This document shows positions 59,337 through 64,000 of a stretch of DNA of 64,000 nt, piece after piece (within the stretch, counting starts at the first letter, position 1; each line of letters opens with the position of its first letter). The DNA is taken from assembly GCF_009914755.1 (NCBI RefSeq), contig NC_060928.1; one strand, given 5' to 3'. The notes below the pieces were generated by a model. It did no database searches and was not told the DNA's origin. It saw only the letters and a list, made by a program, of their open reading frames with translations. The DNA is from the human T2T-CHM13v2.0 reference genome, Homo sapiens. A program made the position numbers and the translations under genes.

Positions 59337-59393
59337 TTAAACTGGTGAGAATGGATACTACACTTGATCTTAACCAAAAGGCTGAGAAGTGAT
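59337..59393 (-). pseudogene. 3'-truncated U2 snRNA retropseudogene (U2 nt 1-57)
   Basis: Minus strand ATCACTTCTCAGCCTTTTGGTTAAGATCAAGTGTAGTATCCATTCTCACCAGTTTAA, 50/57 identical to the recalled U2 5' end; TSD aa(a/g)aa(a/g)tgccttttt. Confidence 0.9.
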
Positions 59394-61537
59394 AAGAAGT
59401 GCCTTTTTAAATGTAAAATTCTTGAAATGATAAACTGAATTAGAAAATTGTAAATAACACATGAAGAGTACTCACTCCTACTGAGGATGATAGATGAAGG
59501 AGATTAATTGTAAGAAGTATCATCTTAACATCAAGGAACTTACTGGGGCCATACACAACATTTATATAGGTACATGTGTGTATACGTTTATATCACATGC
59601 AGTTATAAAATATGTCAAAAATAATTTCAAAACATTTTGTCATGCTGCAATATTGTGTTTCAAATAATTGAAATAAATAATCCATTCACCAGAGCCTTAT
59701 ATACGTTTTAAAAGTAACTTCTTGATTGTATTTTTATATCGCAATAAAAAATATTATCAGGCAAGTTTTCCATCTCATAAAGTTTCCAGGTAACAGAAGA
59801 CAATGTTCAAGGTATGACCCTAATCCTTCTCTTTCCTGGTTCACTCATCTCTATTAACTCTTGCTAATTGTCTTTTTAAATATTTGGTTTAAAGTCTACC
59901 TATTCTGAACCATTCTTTAAGTTCATTACACTCTTATTCTGAGTCACCCCAAGCTTTCTAGTCATACTCATATTCATGTTTTACCATAATAAAAAAAGTT
60001 CTCTCCTAAAAACATTCAACTTTCTAATAATTTAACTAATTTAATTTAAATATTCACTTTTCAACTACACTGAAAGTTTACATTAGGCTATTACCATGTC
60101 TTTTATTTATGCTGTATTCCCCTGCTCTGTACTTATTATAATGTCATTTGCAAAGTAAGTGTTCAATAAATTTTTCAATATATCATAAAAAAATTATAAT
60201 TCCAAGGATGATAGCATAAGTTATGTAATTCATAAGCTTGTTGTATCTAAAATATTTACGTTTGATAGCTACAGAAACAACTTGAAACTGATTGTGTCTG
60301 AATGCAGATAAAAGTCAAATATTTGGTGCTTTTCAGAAATGAGTGGCAGTGTGTCTTTGAGCATTAGTGTTTGCTGCCAACAAGTGAAATGCAAGTTTAC
60401 ACAAACAGATTTTGCATAAGACAGCCTTCTCCATTCAGTTCAAATCAGCTCACCATTGCTGCTGAGTCCCAGACAACACCAGCACAAGACTTTAAGCTAA
60501 AGGAACTTCCCAAACGTGGATTCAAGGTTTTTTTTTGTACACTCAGGTATCTGCTAGCTTATTACACTGGAAGAGAGACAGCAGTTTGCGGTTTTTCTAT
60601 CTGTACCTATACCTGCACCATAAGATTCCAAGCTCCACTCAATCCCATCATTACTTTTGCAGCTGCATGATCCTAAGAGGAAAGTGCTCCTTTTCCATAG
60701 CCAAGAAAAACACATGTGAGTCCTGGCCTTGTACTCCCTTCAGGGTAACTACCTGAAGTCTGTCAGCCTCTTATCAATCAACAAGGTATCACTTTAGGGG
60801 AAACAAAGGCCAAAACAAGACAGGGCAGACAGATCTCAGACCCTTGAAGAATCCCAAGCAACTGAAAATAAATATTAAGTTTTTCAATTGGTAAACAGTT
60901 AACGGTGAAAAAGCAAAATAATGTGGTAGGTTAAAAACAGAAATCATTCATCCCCACTGTAATGTTAAAAAAAAAAAGCCTCTAAATGAAAGCGAAAATG
61001 ACTAAAATTTTAAGAACAAGAAGAAAGAAAGGTTATGTTATAAAGATAAGTTCAACTCCTTGAATTCAACATCTTAGAAGATCAGCTTCACTGAGTTTGG
61101 CTTTCAAGTTATGTCTTCAACTACAGGGAAAAGCAATATTGAAACTACTTTGTATTTGTTGTGAAGCAGTTGTCAAGGATGCTGCTGTCATGACACGCAT
61201 CGTCCCCTATAACATTTCAAAGCAGAAGTTTCTTTGTCACCCCCAAGTAGTTGCTATGTACTTCCTCTTTTCTGCACTTGACAACCATGCAAACTTATTT
61301 CTTGTCCTGACTACTGGGGAAGCCCACAGTAAATTTCTTACTCATTCACAAAATTCTGTTAAGTTCATGTGGTTATCATAGTGTTTCATCCCCTTTTCCA
61401 AAATTTTAGCACTCTTCTTTTTATATTTTATTAATTTTCTGCAACACTATTAATTTCTATGCAGCCTCAAATACTTTTTTGAAAGAGACAGGAATTGAAC
61501 AAACAAAATGTTATATTAAAGCCCTGGTTTTCTTTAA

Positions 61538-61947
<410 letters not shown>

Positions 61948-62487
61948 TTGGCTAATTTTTTAATGTATGAAATTAGCACTTTCAGCTCTATTTGTATCTC
62001 CCTAATTTCTTTGCTGAGAAGGGCAGGGAAGGGAAGGAGAGGGGAGAAGAGGAGAGGAGTGAGGAAGGGAAGGGAAAATAGCCACCACAACTGCCATGCA
62101 CTGTGCCATAACAGTAGCTTTTCTCTGAAACACTTTGGATGTGGAAGGTATGCAAGGCATTATAACTAAAATAAAGATAGACTGAAATCATGGTGTCATA
62201 AAACAGTCTGCAGGGAATCCTGAATTGACCAACTAACAATGAAGGCATAATTTTATTTTCAGTATCTCCTACTTTTTCTTTCTACGATGTGTCTGTACAG
62301 TACTTGAACTTTCCAATGCACATTGTCTTAACTTTCCAGATTTCAAAGCTCTTTCAGGATTTCAGTCAATGAGTCTACACTCATCTGTTGAGCATCTGTT
62401 GTATGTGAACACCGTGATTCTACACAGTGATGTGAGAATTCCTCACACTCAGTCCAGGGGTCACTCACATAAAGCTCTATATATGCA

Positions 62488-62662
62488 CTGTGGTTCTCCA
62501 CCCTGGCTGTACACTGGAATCATTTGAGGGGATTTTCAAAAGCTCTTCTGGACTCTATTTGAAGAGATTCTAATTCACATGTTTGTGTTGGGTCAGGGTT
62601 ATCACTGGCCTTTGAAAACTCCCCAGAGTATTCTAATGCGCTGCCAGGATTAAGAACCTCTG
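62488..62662. mobile_element. MER5-type hAT-Charlie MITE
   Basis: Terminal inverted repeats ctgtggttctc...taagaacctctg. Confidence 0.7.
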
Positions 62663-62919
62663 ATCTAACCTAATTTTAAAACTTTCTTGTGTTATTGGAA
62701 TGCGTTTTGAATTACCTATTTTGCCAGTCATTGCTTCTGTATGAGAGTTTTGGGTAAATAGGATAATCTCTTAAACCATAAATAGTTTCTGGGATGGTAT
62801 GGATGAAGATGTGCATGAGCTTATAGACAGAATAGAGATTAGTTCCAAGCTCAACCTTGTTTCTTCATTTATAAAATAGGAATATAAATATCTCCCCCAT
62901 GGGGCCACTGTAAGGATTC

Positions 62920-63124
62920 ATTACAGTATATTATTATAAATGTCCTATTTTGTTATTAGTTATGGTTGTTAATCTCTTACTGTGCCTAAATTATAAATTA
63001 AGTTTTATCATAGGTATGTATGTATAGAAAAAAATAGTATATATAGGGTTTGGCACTACCTGTTGTTTCAGGCATCAACTGGGGTTCTTGGAACAGATCT
63101 CCTTCAGATAAGGGGAGTCTAGTG
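62920..63124 (+). mobile_element. MER44 (Tigger-type) 3' fragment
   Basis: gttaatctcttactgtgccta...tttatcataggtatgtatgtatag...ttcaggcatc...gataagggg. Confidence 0.75.
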
Positions 63125-63125
63125 T

Positions 63126-63550
63126 ACCCCAAAATTAGTGGTTATCAGCAAAATTGATTGTTTCTCATGGCACTGTGCATTGAATGAGCAGTTCTCATGC
63201 TTCACATGCTGCCAGTTGAGCCACTGGAATGGCTAGAAGCGGAATGCCTTCACATGGTTAGCAAGTCGGTGCCAGCGCTGATACTGGCTGTTGCCTAGGA
63301 GTTCAGCTAAGACTGTTAACCAGAGTCTCGATTCTCCTCCACATGGCTAGGTTGGGCTTCTTCCTAGCATGGTGGTCTCAGAGTAGTCAAAGTTTTCATA
63401 TGACAGATGGTTTCCAAGAAAACAATAGAGGAAACTACCATGCCTTAATAAATCTTAGGCCTGGAACTCAAACTGGCAGTTTCATGTTCATGTCTGCTGC
63501 ATTCTATTGACTGAAGTAAATAAATCGTAGGCCTAGACCCAGATTTTAAA
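63126..63550 (-). mobile_element. MLT1 (F/G/H-like) MaLR LTR fragment
   Basis: ctcctccacatggc...gggcttcttcctagcatggtggtctcag...ctgctgcattctattg. Confidence 0.6.
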
Positions 63551-63559
63551 AAGTAAAAA

Positions 63560-63571
63560 GTGTGTGTGTGC

Positions 63572-63605
<34 letters not shown>
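63560..63605. repeat. (TG)n microsatellite
   Basis: Direct reading. Confidence 0.92.
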
Positions 63606-63607
<2 letters not shown>

Positions 63608-64000
63608 TCTATGCTTCATTGGAAGCCACCAAAGAAATAATCTACCACTAAAACAAAAAGCCTCACACACTCATGTTGTCAAATGCCAATTTATATAATT
63701 GCAGGAATACTATAGGTATTTATATCATAAGTAAATTATTTTCTTTACTCTCAATAGATTATTAGCCACAGACTTAATCTGCTTGAAATAAACAGTAATT
63801 CCAAAACAAAATGTAGCAATACATAAGGATTTTATGATAATTAGCCAATTACACAGCATCCTGAAATGTTTCTTTTAGGGTAAAATTTAATAGATTGAGT
63901 AGAATATGAAACGAAAATGTTCTCAAGATGTTATTTATGACTATACAAAATTGCTAATGATTTATAATTCACTTAGAATTCACTTAGAATTGTACTTTAC

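Overview
Human (or great-ape) genomic DNA lying entirely inside the ANTXR2 (CMG2, anthrax toxin receptor 2) gene, which is on the minus strand. Nine coding exons (conventional exons 4-12, about residues 99-347) can be read with exact GT-AG boundaries and a continuous frame. They encode the C-terminal part of the vWA domain, the Ig-like domain and the transmembrane helix. The rest is AT-rich intron with Alu, L1, L2, MIR, MaLR/ERV1 LTRs and DNA transposons. I found no evidence for a new biological system. The most notable observations are: (1) an antisense AluJ in intron 10 whose acceptor gives an in-frame 33-aa tail and a 322-aa product without a TM helix, matching the known CMG2-322 isoform; (2) an L1PA3 insertion with both a 5' inversion and a ~630-bp 3' transduction, bounded by a 15-17-bp TSD; (3) two more twin-primed insertions, including a rare 5'-inverted Alu next to exon 11; (4) a tailless U2 snRNA retrocopy in the gene-sense orientation; (5) a gene-sense ERV1 LTR in intron 8 keeping CCAAT, NF-kB, TATA and polyA motifs; and (6) several local templated duplications. 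Repeat subfamily names, exon numbers and residue numbers come from recall, not from a database search.
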